DNA of 64,000 nucleotides from an uncultured Verrucomicrobiae bacterium (lineage in GTDB: Bacteria > Verrucomicrobiota > Verrucomicrobiia > Limisphaerales > JAFGQR01): the NCBI GenBank assembly GCA_963788655.1, contig CAWBHS010000081.1, forward strand, positions 73,187 through 137,186, in the 5' to 3' direction. The notes under the pieces are model-generated. The model was not told the origin of the DNA. It ran no database searches and saw only the letters and a program-made list of their open reading frames with translations. Every line of letters begins with the position of its first letter. Position 1 is the first letter of the stretch. The position numbers and the translations under genes are program-made. Positions 21,294 to 32,609 of the stretch are shown here, one piece after another.

Positions 21294-21575
21294 GTGGTGC
21301 GACGGCAGGGGTGCTGTGGGAAGAAGGCATTTTGAAAAATATTGCTCGCCGAGTTCGCTGACGGTTTGGGGGAAGGAGCATTATGGGGAAGAACGCCGGG
21401 CGAGTAAGTGGGAGCGAGTCGAGCGCACTGTGTCCGCCGAACCGCGCCGTTCGGGCTGCAAAAAGTTGCGCTTGGCGCAGACGCCGACGGAGCAGCGGGT
21501 GAAGGTATGGCTGGCGAATGGTGACCGGTCAGCCATCTCTAACTTGGCGTGTGCGCGAAAATTTTGGAAAAAGTG
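21294..21575 (+). mobile_element. Y1/RAYT-like transposase C-terminal remnant
   Basis: VRRQGCCGKKAF*, KEHYGEERRAS..ERTVSAEPRRSG, GDRSAISNL; aligns at DNA level with 23841-23976. Confidence 0.65.
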
Positions 21576-22010
21576 AGAACATACTCTTTCAAAAGAACCT
21601 TCCAATAACCGGGACCGCCCCCTTCACCTTTACGGTGGGATGTGCGCCGACGCGGCGGCAGACGGCCGGGAACCCGCTGTAAACTGGTCACAGGGAGGGG
21701 CTGCGTCGGTGCCCGGGGCCAACCGCCCGCCCAAAACCCAAACCCCAAAAAACACTGCTTGCCTCGCCGGCGTGCGCGCCTAAAATCCACAAAAATGAAC
21801 CTTTATGGAAAAGCAATTCTCCGTGAACCGCGGAGCGTCCAAAAAGCAAATTCCTATCAATTTAATGGAGCGAAGGAGGCAGAGTAGGGCCGGCGTCCCG
21901 CCGGCCTCAAACGGAGTTGCTCTCTTCCTGCACCCGGACATGCTGCGTTCCGATCGTGCCCACTCAGTCAACGCTGGGGGACGTCGGCCCTACTTTGAGG
22001 GAGTGACCGC

Positions 22011-23207
22011 ATGAGCCTCCATCTGCGACGCGTGGTGATTATTGCAGGCGCGGCGTTCGTGGCCGTCCTGGGACTGATCCTCGTGCTGGGCGGCAACGGG
22101 TCGGAAATCACTCTGGCCGACGGCACGCGCCTCCGCCTGGTCGGCGTGAGCGTGGGCACGAATGAGTTTACGACGGAGCGTCCGTGGTCCCGTGCGGCCC
22201 GGCAGATCCTGCCACGACGCTTTCAAGAACGGCTTCCACGATCCACCCATGGCGCCTGTTACTCGACGAATGGCATCGCCATCTGGCTGGAGGACTTGGC
22301 TCCCGGGTCCCGCACTAACGTGGTCCGCAAGTGGGGCTCGGTAGAAACTGTCAGCCGCAACGGAGACGTGCTCACGAGCCAAGACGCTCCGGGACACTAT
22401 AGCGGCGGCGGTCGATGCCAGCCGGTCTTCCTGTCGAAGTTTCCCCGTCGGCAGAAAAGTTTCCTGCTCCGGCTCTACGACCAGAAAGGCCAACTAGCCG
22501 GCGAACTAACGGTGGTAAATCCGTGCCGGGGACCATTCCCCCAATGGAAGGCGGAGACGCCGCCCGTGACCAAGACGAACGGCGATCTGACGGCGACATT
22601 CAAAGGGTGGAAGCGGCTGCTTGAGGAGAGTCCGCCAGGGCGGACCAACCAGAACTTGAAGGCCGATTTTGAGTTCAAATGGGCCGGCGCCCCCACGACC
22701 GAATGGGAGCTCGGCCCGTGTCGGCTCGATGATGCCACGGGCAATTCCGTTGGCGGGCTGTGTCCGGAACTCCCGCTCAGCGAGCCGGTCTGGAGATTGC
22801 ACGGCTGGTTCGAGCGGCGTCGTGAGGCGGTCTTCGCTCCAGACGAACATTTTGTCTTTACCAACCTGAACGTCTTGTCGGCCGGCTCCTTCACCAATCT
22901 CAACCTCGCCACGAATCTTCAAGGCGTGGGCCTGTGGATTCTCTGGTGGTCTGGTCCGGCCACGCTCACGCTCAGCAACGGTTTCCCCGTGCGCGCCGAG
23001 CCGACGCAAGGCACCAACGCCTACCGCCAGTTGTCGCTGAAATGGGCCAATGGAACTTGGCGAGAGGTCATCACCGTCGGACGGAGCACGCTGCTCATCG
23101 CACAGACGCCCGCTGGCCTGGACGTGCAAGTGGATTGTATGATGCGCGATTCGAACGGGCGCGCAACCGCCCCTTCCCCGGACGTGGAATCACCCCAGCT
23201 TTGTTGA
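22011..23207 (+). CDS. Hypothetical protein with N-terminal membrane anchor
   Basis: 398-aa ORF with hydrophobic N-terminus; no recognised domain. Confidence 0.7.
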   Translation: MSLHLRRVVIIAGAAFVAVLGLILVLGGNGSEITLADGTRLRLVGVSVGTNEFTTERPWSRAARQILPRRFQERLPRSTHGACYSTNGIAIWLEDLAPGSRTNVVRKWGSVETVSRNGDVLTSQDAPGHYSGGGRCQPVFLSKFPRRQKSFLLRLYDQKGQLAGELTVVNPCRGPFPQWKAETPPVTKTNGDLTATFKGWKRLLEESPPGRTNQNLKADFEFKWAGAPTTEWELGPCRLDDATGNSVGGLCPELPLSEPVWRLHGWFERRREAVFAPDEHFVFTNLNVLSAGSFTNLNLATNLQGVGLWILWWSGPATLTLSNGFPVRAEPTQGTNAYRQLSLKWANGTWREVITVGRSTLLIAQTPAGLDVQVDCMMRDSNGRATAPSPDVESPQLC

Positions 23208-23457
23208 TCCGGGTAAGGGCCAGCGACGGCAGTATTCGGTTCTTCAACCAGACGTTCCAGTTGGCGAGCAGAAACTGTCGGTGGAATTCCGTGTGCAACG
23301 ACGGCGGCTGATCGAGTTTTGCCTCGCGCCACCGCGTGCCGCGGAATGGATTGGAAACCGGCGCCAGCCATAGCGGGAGCCGCGTCTCTCTTCCCCCAAA
23401 GAGAGGGTCATCCATTAAAGGTTTCAACAGTAATCGCAACTCCAATCGCCTTTCTCC

Positions 23458-23955
23458 ATGGCCCGCAAGCTCCTACCAGCACGAACGCGCCATCTACCTT
23501 TTGATGAGCCGGGAGAGCGTGCGCGAGGCGATCCCCCATGAGGATCACGATCGAAAAGCGTTCATCCACCCGCCGAGCCAATGCTGTAAACGCAACCGCT
23601 GGCAGGTGCATACGCTGTGCCTAAAGTTGCGTATTGCGACAACAACTGGATCACGGCTTCCTGGCCGGGGGCTTCATCGGGGAACCGGTTGAGGCACTGC
23701 TGCCAGGCCTCCTGCACGGTGCAGTCCGGCCGCAAGCGCGCGACGAATTCGTAAGCCGCGGGCCGGAGCCGGAAGAACTGGTTGCTGAAGGGATTCTCCA
23801 GGACGATCCACCGTTCGCCCCGGTAATTCTGGCGCCGCACTGCACCGTTCGAACTGCGAAGAGTGCGCTCGGCGCAGATGCCGAAGGGGCACCGGGCGAA
23901 GGGGTGGTTGGCGATGGGTAACCGGTCAACCATCTCCAACTTGGTGTGTGAGTAA
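23458..23955 (+). mobile_element. Decayed Y1/RAYT-like transposase whose centre is replaced by an M50 gene fragment
   Basis: ATG MARKL, frameshift, AIYLLMSR..REAI..DHDRKAF..WQVHTLCL (N-terminus); after 23840 AQMPKGHRAK..MGNRSTISNLV* (C-terminus). Confidence 0.7.
23633..23840 (-). repeat. 208-bp diverged copy of 20741-20948 (M50 gene 5' region)
   Basis: Ungapped manual alignment, 10 mismatches, all at third codon positions. Confidence 0.95.
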
Positions 23956-24050
23956 GCAAAATGGAAAAAGTTTGAACTGACACTTTCACGCTACTGGAAA
24001 AACAGCCTCCCGAAAAGCAAGCCGCGAAATTATGCGCCATTCCGAACCGG

Positions 24051-24632
24051 TTACTGTTTGGTCACCGGGCCGCTGGTCGGGCTGGCGCTCAATTGGCGCA
24101 CGCCATCAAAGAAATAAATCAAGCCGGAAATTCCGGTGAATGCCGTAGCGCCGGCCGACCAGATCAATAACCATGGATCGGGCCATCTCAGCAACGCCCA
24201 CACCACGCAGACCATTTGCAGGACGGTGGCGACTTTACCCACCAGCACGGGCCGCACCTTCACTTTGCCGCACGTGTAGTGAATGACGGTCATCCCAATG
24301 AGCAACATAACATCGCGGCTGAGAATCATCGCCACCAGCCACAAGGGCAGCCGGGGCAAATAGGGCGTGTGGTCGAAGCTCAACAGGATAACGCCGGACA
24401 CGAGCAGGAGCTTGTCCGCCAACGGATCGAGAATGGCGCCGAGTTCGCTGCGCTGATTATACCGGCGCGCGATGAAGCCATCAATACCATCGCTCACGGA
24501 CGCCAGGAAGAACGCCCCCAGCGCCAGCCAACGATGATACGCGATCCCTTCCTGCACATAATAGATCACCTGGGTGATGAAGAACGGCACGAAGAGAATG
24601 CGAAAGATCGTTATCTTGTTGGCCGTGGTCAT
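24051..24632 (-). CDS. CDP-alcohol phosphatidyltransferase (PgsA-like)
   Basis: ANKITIFRI, SDGIDGFIARRYNQRSELGAILDPLADK. Confidence 0.93.
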   Translation of the reverse strand: MTTANKITIFRILFVPFFITQVIYYVQEGIAYHRWLALGAFFLASVSDGIDGFIARRYNQRSELGAILDPLADKLLLVSGVILLSFDHTPYLPRLPLWLVAMILSRDVMLLIGMTVIHYTCGKVKVRPVLVGKVATVLQMVCVVWALLRWPDPWLLIWSAGATAFTGISGLIYFFDGVRQLSASPTSGPVTKQ

Positions 24633-24849
24633 GCCTTCGGGTGGGAGTGTTGCGCGGGCGGGCGGCGGCGTCAATCTTTTCGCAATACGGTGTTGAACGG
24701 TTTTTTCCGACCTTGGTGGCGCGCTGTCGGCGCCAAGTAAGACAGTCATCTCGCCTGCCTCGAATTAGCCAATGAAGCTCATTCTTCCCGGGAACACCCG
24801 ATAATCCATGGACACCCTTGGGACCTTCGGGACAGCCGGGACGGCTATC

Positions 24850-25884
24850 CTACGTGGTGGCGACCAAGGGCGCGATTTGGGCGAGCGTGGCAGTGCCGGT
24901 GGTTCCCAATTGGTGGAGGACCACCGAAGCAGCGGCGTTGGCAAGCTCGAGCGCTTCGCCCAGCGTGGCACCCGCCGCGAAGGCTGCGGTGAGATTGGCC
25001 ATGACGGCATCTCCGGCCCCGACGACATCAATGGCCCCGCGCACCGGCAAGGCGGGCATGTAGTCAACGGTCCCGTCCGGAGCGGCGCCCACGATGCCTT
25101 GTTCCGCCAGCGTCACGATCACCTCCCGCCCGCGGCTTTGGGCCAGCGCGGCGCAGCGGTGTTTAATTTCCTCAAGACCCATCGGGTGCTTGTTTCCGGT
25201 CAACACGCCCAGTTCGGTGGTATTCATTTTGAAGGTCACCGGCGGATACGCGCGCAAGCTGCGCCGACTGTCGGCCACAATCGGCAGTTCCGGATCGTGC
25301 TTGGCCAGTTGGCGCACGGCCTCGAGAAGCTTGCCGCCGATCACGCCGGTTTCCGGCTTGTCCACCTGGTCGAGCAGGATGAGGGCGTCCACCTGCGCCG
25401 CCAGGAACTGCACCGAATCGATCAATTGGGTTTGCAGGGCCGACGGGGTAGGCGTCCAGTTCTTGCTGTCCAGGCGGTTCAATTCCTGGGGCGCTTTGCC
25501 CGGTTGGATCATCAGCGGCTTGCAATACGTGAACGTCCGGCGCTCGGGCGTCTGGACAAAGTGCTCCAGGTTGACGCCCGGTTTGGCTCCGAGCGCACGG
25601 ATGAGCTCGAAGCCTTCGCCGTCTTCGCCCGCGAAGCCGACCGGACAAATCTCCCCGATGCCCAGGGCCACAAGGTTGTTCAAAACGGTGCCAGCCGCTC
25701 CGGGTTGACTGCGCACCTTGACGACGTTGTGGACGGGCAATCCGGTTTCAAGCGACACCTCCTGCCGGGCCGGATCAATTTCCAGATAACGGTCCAGACA
25801 AAAGTCGCCCACGACCGCGAGGCGCAGGCGGGAATATTTTTCACTGATGGATTGAAAGCGAGCCGCATTCATCACGGCGGGCAT
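24850..25884 (-). CDS. PfkB-family sugar kinase (RfaE/HldA domain I-like)
   Basis: VVGDFCLDRY, PGAAGTV, DVVGAGD, ANAAASVV..GT. Confidence 0.88.
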   Translation of the reverse strand: MPAVMNAARFQSISEKYSRLRLAVVGDFCLDRYLEIDPARQEVSLETGLPVHNVVKVRSQPGAAGTVLNNLVALGIGEICPVGFAGEDGEGFELIRALGAKPGVNLEHFVQTPERRTFTYCKPLMIQPGKAPQELNRLDSKNWTPTPSALQTQLIDSVQFLAAQVDALILLDQVDKPETGVIGGKLLEAVRQLAKHDPELPIVADSRRSLRAYPPVTFKMNTTELGVLTGNKHPMGLEEIKHRCAALAQSRGREVIVTLAEQGIVGAAPDGTVDYMPALPVRGAIDVVGAGDAVMANLTAAFAAGATLGEALELANAAASVVLHQLGTTGTATLAQIAPLVATT

Positions 25885-25907
25885 TGCAGCGGATCAAGGG
25901 ATTGTTT

Positions 25908-27038
25908 TCAAGGGCTGACTTGAGGGGAGCCCGCCATTAATTCGTGGAGCAATCGGTGGAGGAACACCACGTTGTCGCACTGAACGTAGTGCATGCCACC
26001 GCCCATACGGGAATAACTTTTGCAGAACCGCAGGTAGTACGCCGGATTGTCTTTGGGCGGTTCGCCAGCGGTCCAATCCCAGCGACCGCCCGCCTGCAAG
26101 TCCACCACATAAATGTCGTGGCCGCTGACAATTGGCCGCCCGGCCTGCAACCGCAGATTGTTCACGCAGCTCATACTCTTTTCGAATACTTGCGGTCCCA
26201 TGATGGCGGAACCGATGGACAGCACCACCCCGCCGTCCAGACCTTCGACCGCCCCGCAAAACGCGCGGAAGTCCACCGCCCCCGCCCGGCCGATGACCGC
26301 ACCATTGAACAGCGGATGCACTGTGATGATGTCATAACCGATGCCCGGATGAACGGTCAAGGGCACGCCGTGCCGGGTTGCCTGCGCGAGCACGCTCGCG
26401 TTGCGCCAGCGATGGACGACGGTTTGCCGCCCCGGTTTCAGTTGATGGATGCGCAGGGCTTGCAACAAATCCGCGCGGGCCGGCGTTAGCGGGTGCGTGG
26501 GCTCCTGGCGCAACTGGGCTTCCAACGATTCCGGCGTCGGCAAGGCAACGCCATCTTCATAGATGAACCGCCCCAGGGAGGCGCCATAGCCTTCGCCGCG
26601 CAACCCACCAGCGAGCAGGGCCAGGTGAATGTTGCGCCCGGTTTCGTCCCAGGCGCCGAAGTTCCCGGCCGCCACGTTCTCGCGCACGCTTTCGGTGGAG
26701 CGGCCGAGAAACGCAAATTCCCAGTCATGAATCGTGCCGGCGCCATTGGTCGCCAGGTGGGTGACCAGGCCGCGATCCATGAATTGATTCAACAGCAACT
26801 GACCACCGTTCTTGATCAGGTGCGCGCCGTAAATCAGCATCACGCTGGCCTGACGTTGGCGGGCTTCACGAATCCGAGCGGCACATTGTTGAATGGTGCG
26901 CGCCACCGTCGTCTCGCATGGCGGCGGATCATCCGAGGGTTCAATCAGGATGTCCTCCAACCGGGCGAGACTGCGTCGGGATTCCAACGGATACACTTTC
27001 AGTCGAGTCAAATCCACCGGGTATTGGGATTGGGTCAT
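25908..27038 (-). CDS. Conserved hypothetical protein (GSU2086-like, possibly deoxyhypusine-synthase-like fold)
   Basis: GAHLIKNG, LATNGAGTIHDWE, TVHPGIGYDI, IGSAIMGPQVFEK. Confidence 0.7.
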   Translation of the reverse strand: MTQSQYPVDLTRLKVYPLESRRSLARLEDILIEPSDDPPPCETTVARTIQQCAARIREARQRQASVMLIYGAHLIKNGGQLLLNQFMDRGLVTHLATNGAGTIHDWEFAFLGRSTESVRENVAAGNFGAWDETGRNIHLALLAGGLRGEGYGASLGRFIYEDGVALPTPESLEAQLRQEPTHPLTPARADLLQALRIHQLKPGRQTVVHRWRNASVLAQATRHGVPLTVHPGIGYDIITVHPLFNGAVIGRAGAVDFRAFCGAVEGLDGGVVLSIGSAIMGPQVFEKSMSCVNNLRLQAGRPIVSGHDIYVVDLQAGGRWDWTAGEPPKDNPAYYLRFCKSYSRMGGGMHYVQCDNVVFLHRLLHELMAGSPQVSP

Positions 27039-27058
27039 TGGTGAAACACTAAACCGAG

Positions 27059-27907
27059 TCAGTTACCCAAGATCAAATCCAGGAGCGCCGCGCCATCCCG
27101 GAAGTCGGGAATGACCACGTCGGCGCCCACGCCGAGCAAGCGCCGGCGTTTCCATTCGTCGAACTTGCCGGAGCCGTTATGGGCTTCGTCGCTGGCCACC
27201 GCCACGGCTAGGCCACCGGCTTCCTTGGTATTCTCGATTTCCACGTAGCCATCACCCACGGCCAGCAATTGTACTCCCGGAATCTGGTTCTCCCGGAGAA
27301 TCCGTTCGATGACCATCTTTTTCGAGAACACCTGGTAATTGTCCTGCGCCCCGTACAGGTGAGGTTCAAAGTAGCGCGCCACGTCCAGCCACTGGGCTTC
27401 CTGCCGGACAAACGTTTCATCCGTGCCGCTGGCCAGGTAAAGGGTCAGCCCCCGACGGCGTAAATTTTCCAGAAACGGTCGGGCTTGGTGGACTAACAAA
27501 TCATCCGGCTGAATGCTCCCCCGGCGCAGACCTTCGATCCGAGACTGAATGCGTTCGTCCAAGCGGCGCAGGTATTCCTTTTTGTACCACAGCGGTTCGC
27601 GGGGAATTCCGCCGCGGGCCTGGACACGTTCGGCAAATTGGATCATCTGGTAAATGGTCTGTTTACCGTTGAGCCGCATGATATCATCGGTCATCAACTG
27701 CCGGATTGCGGCGTCCGTCTCGCCCGGTTGGCGCGGCAACATTTCCATGAACATGGGCACCATGACTTCGGGCCAACCTTCCCGAATCAGGGACAAGGTG
27801 CCGTCGAAATCCAACAACACGTGACTGATCTGTGGCCGGGGCGCAAACCCCGGCGCAAACTCGACCAACCCACGAAATGACGTGGCTGCTTGCATCTGGC
27901 GAAGCAT
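27059..27907 (-). CDS. HAD-family hydrolase
   Basis: LDFDGTLS, LASGT, VGDGYVE. Confidence 0.88.
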   Translation of the reverse strand: MLRQMQAATSFRGLVEFAPGFAPRPQISHVLLDFDGTLSLIREGWPEVMVPMFMEMLPRQPGETDAAIRQLMTDDIMRLNGKQTIYQMIQFAERVQARGGIPREPLWYKKEYLRRLDERIQSRIEGLRRGSIQPDDLLVHQARPFLENLRRRGLTLYLASGTDETFVRQEAQWLDVARYFEPHLYGAQDNYQVFSKKMVIERILRENQIPGVQLLAVGDGYVEIENTKEAGGLAVAVASDEAHNGSGKFDEWKRRRLLGVGADVVIPDFRDGAALLDLILGN

Positions 27908-28189
27908 TGAATCGGTTCGGGCGAAAATTGCAATGCAGGATACTGCGCGGCCGGCGGCAAACGCAACGCCGGTAGATAGCTGGACGTTGATGTTGCCCCT
28001 CACCCAGTCCCTGTCGCTTGGGGTCCTGGGGAGAGCGGGGTTGTTGGGCAGCTTGCATTTTGCCCGGACGAGGCGGCCAACTCGCTACCTGAGGTGGCGG
28101 GTGGCGCCGAGGTGAAATCGTTCGTTCGGAGTCGCCGCGCGGGATGGGGGGATGCGCATCGTGGCCCCTTGTGCGAACATTAAGGCGAC

Positions 28190-28799
28190 GTGTCATCGCA
28201 GACAACGAAGCAGAGAAAACCGGACGTCGCCAACCTGGAGCAATTGCTCGAACGGTTGGGGGAGGCGACCCGGCGCGACGAGCCCATAACGCTCAGGTTG
28301 ATGGTGACGGTGGTGGGCCGGCGATCCTTCGGCCCGCTCTTGCTGGTGGCGGGCCTGATCGCCTTCTCGCCGCTGAGCGCGATACCCGGCGTGCCCACGA
28401 TGGTGGCGCTGCTGGTGTTGCTGGTCGCGGGCCAGTTCCTGTTCCGGCGCCGTCATTTTTGGCTGCCGGCGTGGTTGCTCAACCGGTCGCTCCCGCGGCG
28501 CCGAGTCGAGCAGGGCTTGCGGTTCCTGCGCAAACCGGCGCGGTGGATCGACCGCTGGTTGCACCCGCGCCTCGAGGTATTGACCCACGAAGTCGGTGTC
28601 TATGTGATCGCGGTGTTGTGCGCGGTGATCGCCGCCTGCATGCCGGCGTTGGAATTAGTACCCTATGAGCGCCACTGCCGCCGGCGCGGCGCTGACGGCC
28701 TTTGGCCTCTCGCTCATTGCGCGGGATGGCCTCCTGGCGCTGATCGCCTTGACGCTAACCGGCACGACGGCCGCCTTGGTGGCTCACGCGTTGATCTGA
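28190..28799 (+). CDS. exoD: Exopolysaccharide synthesis ExoD-family membrane protein (frameshift ~28665)
   Basis: GRRSFGPLLL, PLSAIPG, FWLPAWL; shifted frame continues SATAAGAAL..ARDGLL to TGA 28799. Confidence 0.85.
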
Positions 28800-28888
28800 G
28801 CCGCGCGCGTGAACTCCGTCAGCGGTCGGTTGATCCCCACCGCAAAGCCGTGAAGAACGAAAGACAGGCAACATGATGTTTCCAGGGA

Positions 28889-31800
28889 TCAATCGGCAAA
28901 CAGATAGTGCAGGTCATCCAGCGTGAGGCTCTGGGCGAATTTCTCCTCGCCCAACACGTCTTCGGCCAGGGCCTTCTTCTGCTTTTGCAGCGCGCGGATT
29001 TTCTCTTCGATGCTGTCTTTGATGAGGAGGCGGTACGCAATCACCTTGTTCTCCTGGCCGATGCGATGGGTGCGGTCAATGGCTTGGTTTTCGACGGCCG
29101 GATTCCACCAGGGATCGAACAACACGACGTAACTGGCGGCCGTCAGGTTCAGGCCGAAGCCGCCCGCTTTAAGCGAAATGAGAAAGACCGCCGGACCCTT
29201 CGCCGCCTGAAATTTCTGCACCAACTCGCCGCGGTTCTCGGTTTCGCCCGCGAGGTAAAACGTCGGCCAGCGCCGCCGCGCCATCGCTTGTTTCAACAAC
29301 GCCAACATTTCGACGAACTGGGAGAACACCAGCACCTTGTTGCCTTCGTCCATGAGTGGTTCGAGTTGCTCGAGCAGCGCGTTGAGCTTGGCACTTTCCG
29401 CCTTCGAACCGGATTTGACCAAGGCCGGGTGACAGCAGATTTGCCGCAGCCGCAACAGCGAGGTGAGGAAATGAAACCGTTCCTTGGCCAGTTGTTTCTG
29501 GGTCGTCACTTTGAGAAGCATCTGCTGGGCGGCTTTCAATTCGGCGCGATAAAGCGTCTTTTGTTCGCCTTCGATTTCGCAAAACAAATCCTCCTCGATG
29601 CGGTCGGGCAAATCCTTGGCGACCTGCGTCTTGGTGCGCCGCAGCAGGAATGGGCGCACGCGCGCGGCGAGCCGCCGGCGGGCAAACGGATCGTCCTTGG
29701 CATCGAACAACCGCGCGAACTGACTCCGGCTGCTGAGCACTCCGGGCATCGCAAAGGCCATCAAACTCCACAGGTCCAACAGGCGGTTCTCGATGGGTGT
29801 GCCGGTGAGCACCAGTCGATGTTCCGCCCGCAGCGCCCGCGCCACCTGGGCGGTTTGTGAGTTGGGATTCTTGATGTACTGGCCTTCGTCGAGAATCACC
29901 ACCTGCCATTGCACGGGCACGAGGCTTTCGCCGGCGAGGCGCAGTTGACTGTAATTCAACACGTGCAAATCGGCTTCGCCCAACCGGCCCACCAACGTGT
30001 GCAGTTCGCTCGCCGGCCAAAGCTTGACGCGTAGCTCCGATGTGAACCGCGCCGCTTCCGCGTGCCAGTTGTCCATCACCGATTTGGGGCACACCACCAG
30101 GGACGGTTTCGGAGCAGGCACGGGATTGGCGCCGTCCGCGGCTTCGGCTTCCGTAGCCGGTTCGCGCAACCACAACAGCCAGGCCAGCGTTTGCAGCGTT
30201 TTACCCAAGCCCATGTCGTCCGCCAGGATGCCGCCGAAATGGTTCGTGGCCAGGTAGGCGAGAAAATGAAATCCGTCCCGCTGGTACGGACGCAACTCCG
30301 CGGTGACCCCGGCCGGCATCGGGGGCGTCACGCGCGCTTTGATTTCATCGGCGCGGCGCTGGATGCGTTCGACCTGCGGTTCGGGCAGGAATTTTTTCGC
30401 TGCGTCATCCGCCAGTTGGAGGGCGTGCAACCGTTGCGGTTCAGCGGTCAACTCGTGCGGGATTGAGCCCCAGCCGCGCGAGCCGTTCGTCCTCCTCGCT
30501 GTCGAGGTTGAATTGCAACCGGCGCCAGCCTTTGTTTTCGAGCCGGACGTAACTGCCTTTGGCGTTGAGCAGTAGTTTGATTTCCGCCGGGGTGAGCGTG
30601 GTATCTTCCACGTCCAACACCACCTGCAAATCGAACCAGTCAATGGTCGTCTCCGTAACGTCGAGCCGCACCTTGCCCGCAACGGCATCCTCGGCCAGCG
30701 AGGCCAGGTCACCGGCCAATTGCACGTGAATGTGCGGAGGCAGCGACTTCAACCACGGCACAAACAGTTCCGGAAATTTCTTCTTCACCCGGAGCGACAG
30801 GGCGTCGGCGTAATTGTCGTATTTCAATCCCAGCGGTTCAAGCAGCCGGGGCACTTCGTATTGGGTGGACCGGTCATACACCACAATGGTCCCGTCCGCT
30901 GTTTTCTTTCGAGGCGACCTCGGCGCGCGATAATTCGGGTCGAACCAATTCTGGCCATCCCAACTTTCTTTCAGCCGGCCATCGCCGGATTCGGCGGCGA
31001 TGCGCACGACGCATTGTTCGGTCTTACTGCCGGGATAAATGGGTTTGAGTTCGCACTGAATGGCCACCTCCATCGGTACGTGGCGCACCTGTTGGGCAAT
31101 GCTCGGGGGCAACTCAATTTGCAGCGCCTGAAGAAACTCCACCCCCGACTGGGACTCGAGGGCGGGACCGGGAATCCGGTTTTCCTGATGGGGAGCCAAC
31201 ACGTTCCGGCAGACGGCCGGCCCCGAAAAGATCGTATGGCGGCTGACGTAAAGCGGCGCATGACCGTCCAGCATGAACAGCAGCGGCGGTGCCGGCGTGT
31301 CGTCGGCCTTGACCAGACGGACCCGATAATCGCCGGAGCCGTCCTCGGTGGGCTCCAGCTTCCATCGCAGCGGCCCGGCGCGCAGCATCGGCTGGCCATC
31401 CTCGTTGACGACACGATTTTCGAGCGCCTTCGTGTGCAGGACCCGGCCCAAAGTGCCCAATCCTTGGTAAGCCTGGTAAAAGATTTCCGGACCGCGGCCG
31501 TAATCGACTCGTTCCTCCCACATCTGCCACAACATCTCGGCTTCGGTGGTGAATTCGATCCGCCCATTCTCGTAGTCCCCGGCCAACTGTTTGAACTGTT
31601 TGGTCTTTAGCGTCTCAAACGCTTCCTGGCCGGGACGCAGCCATTGCAGCGCAGCGAACTGATCAAAGATGATGAGGCGCAAGTCGAACACGCCCCGGCT
31701 CGCCCCGGCTCCCGACAGAAGCTGGTTGCCGAAGGTGGAAAAGGTTTGCTGCCACCGCATCACCTCCTGCTCCCGGCGCCATTCGGCGACTTGCTCCCGA

Positions 31801-32480
31801 AAGCCGTCCAGATCCGTCACCGGCTCGAGGAATTTCGGGATGCGCAAACCATGCTCCTGGGCCGCGTTGGCCACGCCGAGCCAGAACTGGTGTTCGTCTT
31901 TGGGGAATGACGGCCAGATGCTGATCGGGTCCCAACTATTGCCCGGCAACGGCAGCCCCAGATCGCTGAAATCCCAGCGGGTTATCCGTTGGGCCGCGCG
32001 ACAGCGGTCATAGACCTGTTTGAACTTGCGCAAAAACGTCGCTTCCTGCGGCTGCAAGTCCCGTCCGATTGCGGCGGTCAACAGAGAAACCAGTTGGCTC
32101 TCTGGCGGCGGTTTCGGTTGCCAGGGCGACCGAACCTTCTTCCGCTTGCTGGCCAACGTGGAGCTTAGTCCCCGCACCTCGGCCACACTGTTCTCCGCCA
32201 GCAGGGCTTTCATGGCCGCATAGACATGTTCGCAGTCGAATTCGGCCGGACAGGAACACTCGCCCATCCAACCCTCGAACTCGTCATAATACAGCGCGAC
32301 TTGAAACGTCTCCTGCGCCTCGACCACCGCTTCGTATTCCCAGCCCGGCTCGATGGCGGTCCAGGAACCTACCCGGCTTTCGCGAAACAGGACTTCGCCC
32401 TTCCGGCGGGTTGGAGCATCGAATCGCTCCAAGTACTTCAGCGCGTTGTGGGGCGCATGCATCTCAAACGTCTCGTTCAT
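28889..32480 (-). CDS. SWIM zinc finger / SNF2 helicase (frameshift ~30460)
   Basis: CSC..DCEH SWIM; LADDMGLGKT, DEGQ, TGTPIEN, FSQF, SLKAGGFGLNL, DRTHRIGQ. Confidence 0.93.
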
Positions 32481-32609
32481 TGTGAATCCTCACTGTAAAC
32501 AGAAAATGCGCCGCGACAAGTGACGAATTGGGGGAGGGGCGAATTCGGATCCTGGCGTGCGACCGTCTCGGGCGGATCGACAGGCGTGGAACGGTTGGAG
32601 CCGGCGTTT

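Noticed and set aside
21507..21536. Conserved ncRNA hairpin with apparent covariation versus 23905-23933
   Set aside because: Better explained as two copies of decayed transposase coding sequence; only one apparent compensatory pair
23633..23840. DGR template/variable repeat pair with 20741-20948
   Set aside because: Mismatches are third-position and involve all bases rather than being adenine-specific; no reverse transcriptase in the window
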